DNA from: a virus
Taxonomy: Duplodnaviria > Heunggongvirae > Uroviricota > Caudoviricetes
Length of the DNA: 27,508 nucleotides
Direction: 5' to 3' (one strand)
Virus record (IMG/VR): IMGVR_UViG_2690316076_000006
In this document: piece after piece, positions 27,494 through 27,508 of the stretch
Layout: every line of letters begins with the position of its first letter
Position numbering within the stretch: position 1 is the first letter of the stretch
The notes under the pieces: generated by a model
Database searches by the model: none
What the model was told of the DNA's origin: nothing
What the model saw: only the letters and a program-made list of their open reading frames with translations
Translations under genes and position numbers: made by a program

Positions 27494-27508
27494 CTCACCT
27501 TCCCCCAT

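Noticed and set aside
1-27508. CRISPR arrays, tRNA or rRNA genes, IS elements
   Set aside because: No regularly spaced short repeats, no tRNA-like cloverleaf candidates near the att sites (the integration target is the sRNA cyaR, not a tRNA), and no transposase-like ORF or terminal inverted repeats apart from the invertase crossover sites.

Overview
The window is an E. coli-type chromosomal locus (yegQ/trhP, the sRNA gene cyaR, and yegR at the far end) carrying a roughly 25.5 kb P2-like prophage integrated at the 3' end of cyaR. The prophage is bounded by a perfect 28-bp direct repeat (1507-1534 and 26991-27018) that matches the P2 att core. Its gene order is a mirror-image P2 map: ogr, D, U, T, E/E+E', FII, FI, a Gin/Pin-type invertase with an invertible tail-fibre cassette, H, I, J, W, V, then O, P, Q, cos, a cargo region, A, four small early genes, B, cox, C and int. 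Three things stand out. (1) An AT-rich cargo island lies between cos and the 3' end of gene A, where P2 carries orf91/tin/old; it holds one 334-aa gene of unrecognised family, preceded by a 16-codon mini-ORF with a strong Shine-Dalgarno, and is the best candidate for an undescribed anti-phage or exclusion function. (2) An internal deletion fuses the first ~85 codons of capsid gene N to the middle of tail-completion gene S, removing the rest of N plus M, L, the lysis genes and R, so the prophage is defective for heads and lysis while the tail module looks intact. (3) A DNA-inversion host-range switch is present, with two 26-bp inverted crossover sites at 8945-8970 and 10751-10776. All protein identifications rest on my recollection of P2 and E. 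coli K-12 proteins and on reading the supplied translations; no database search was run.
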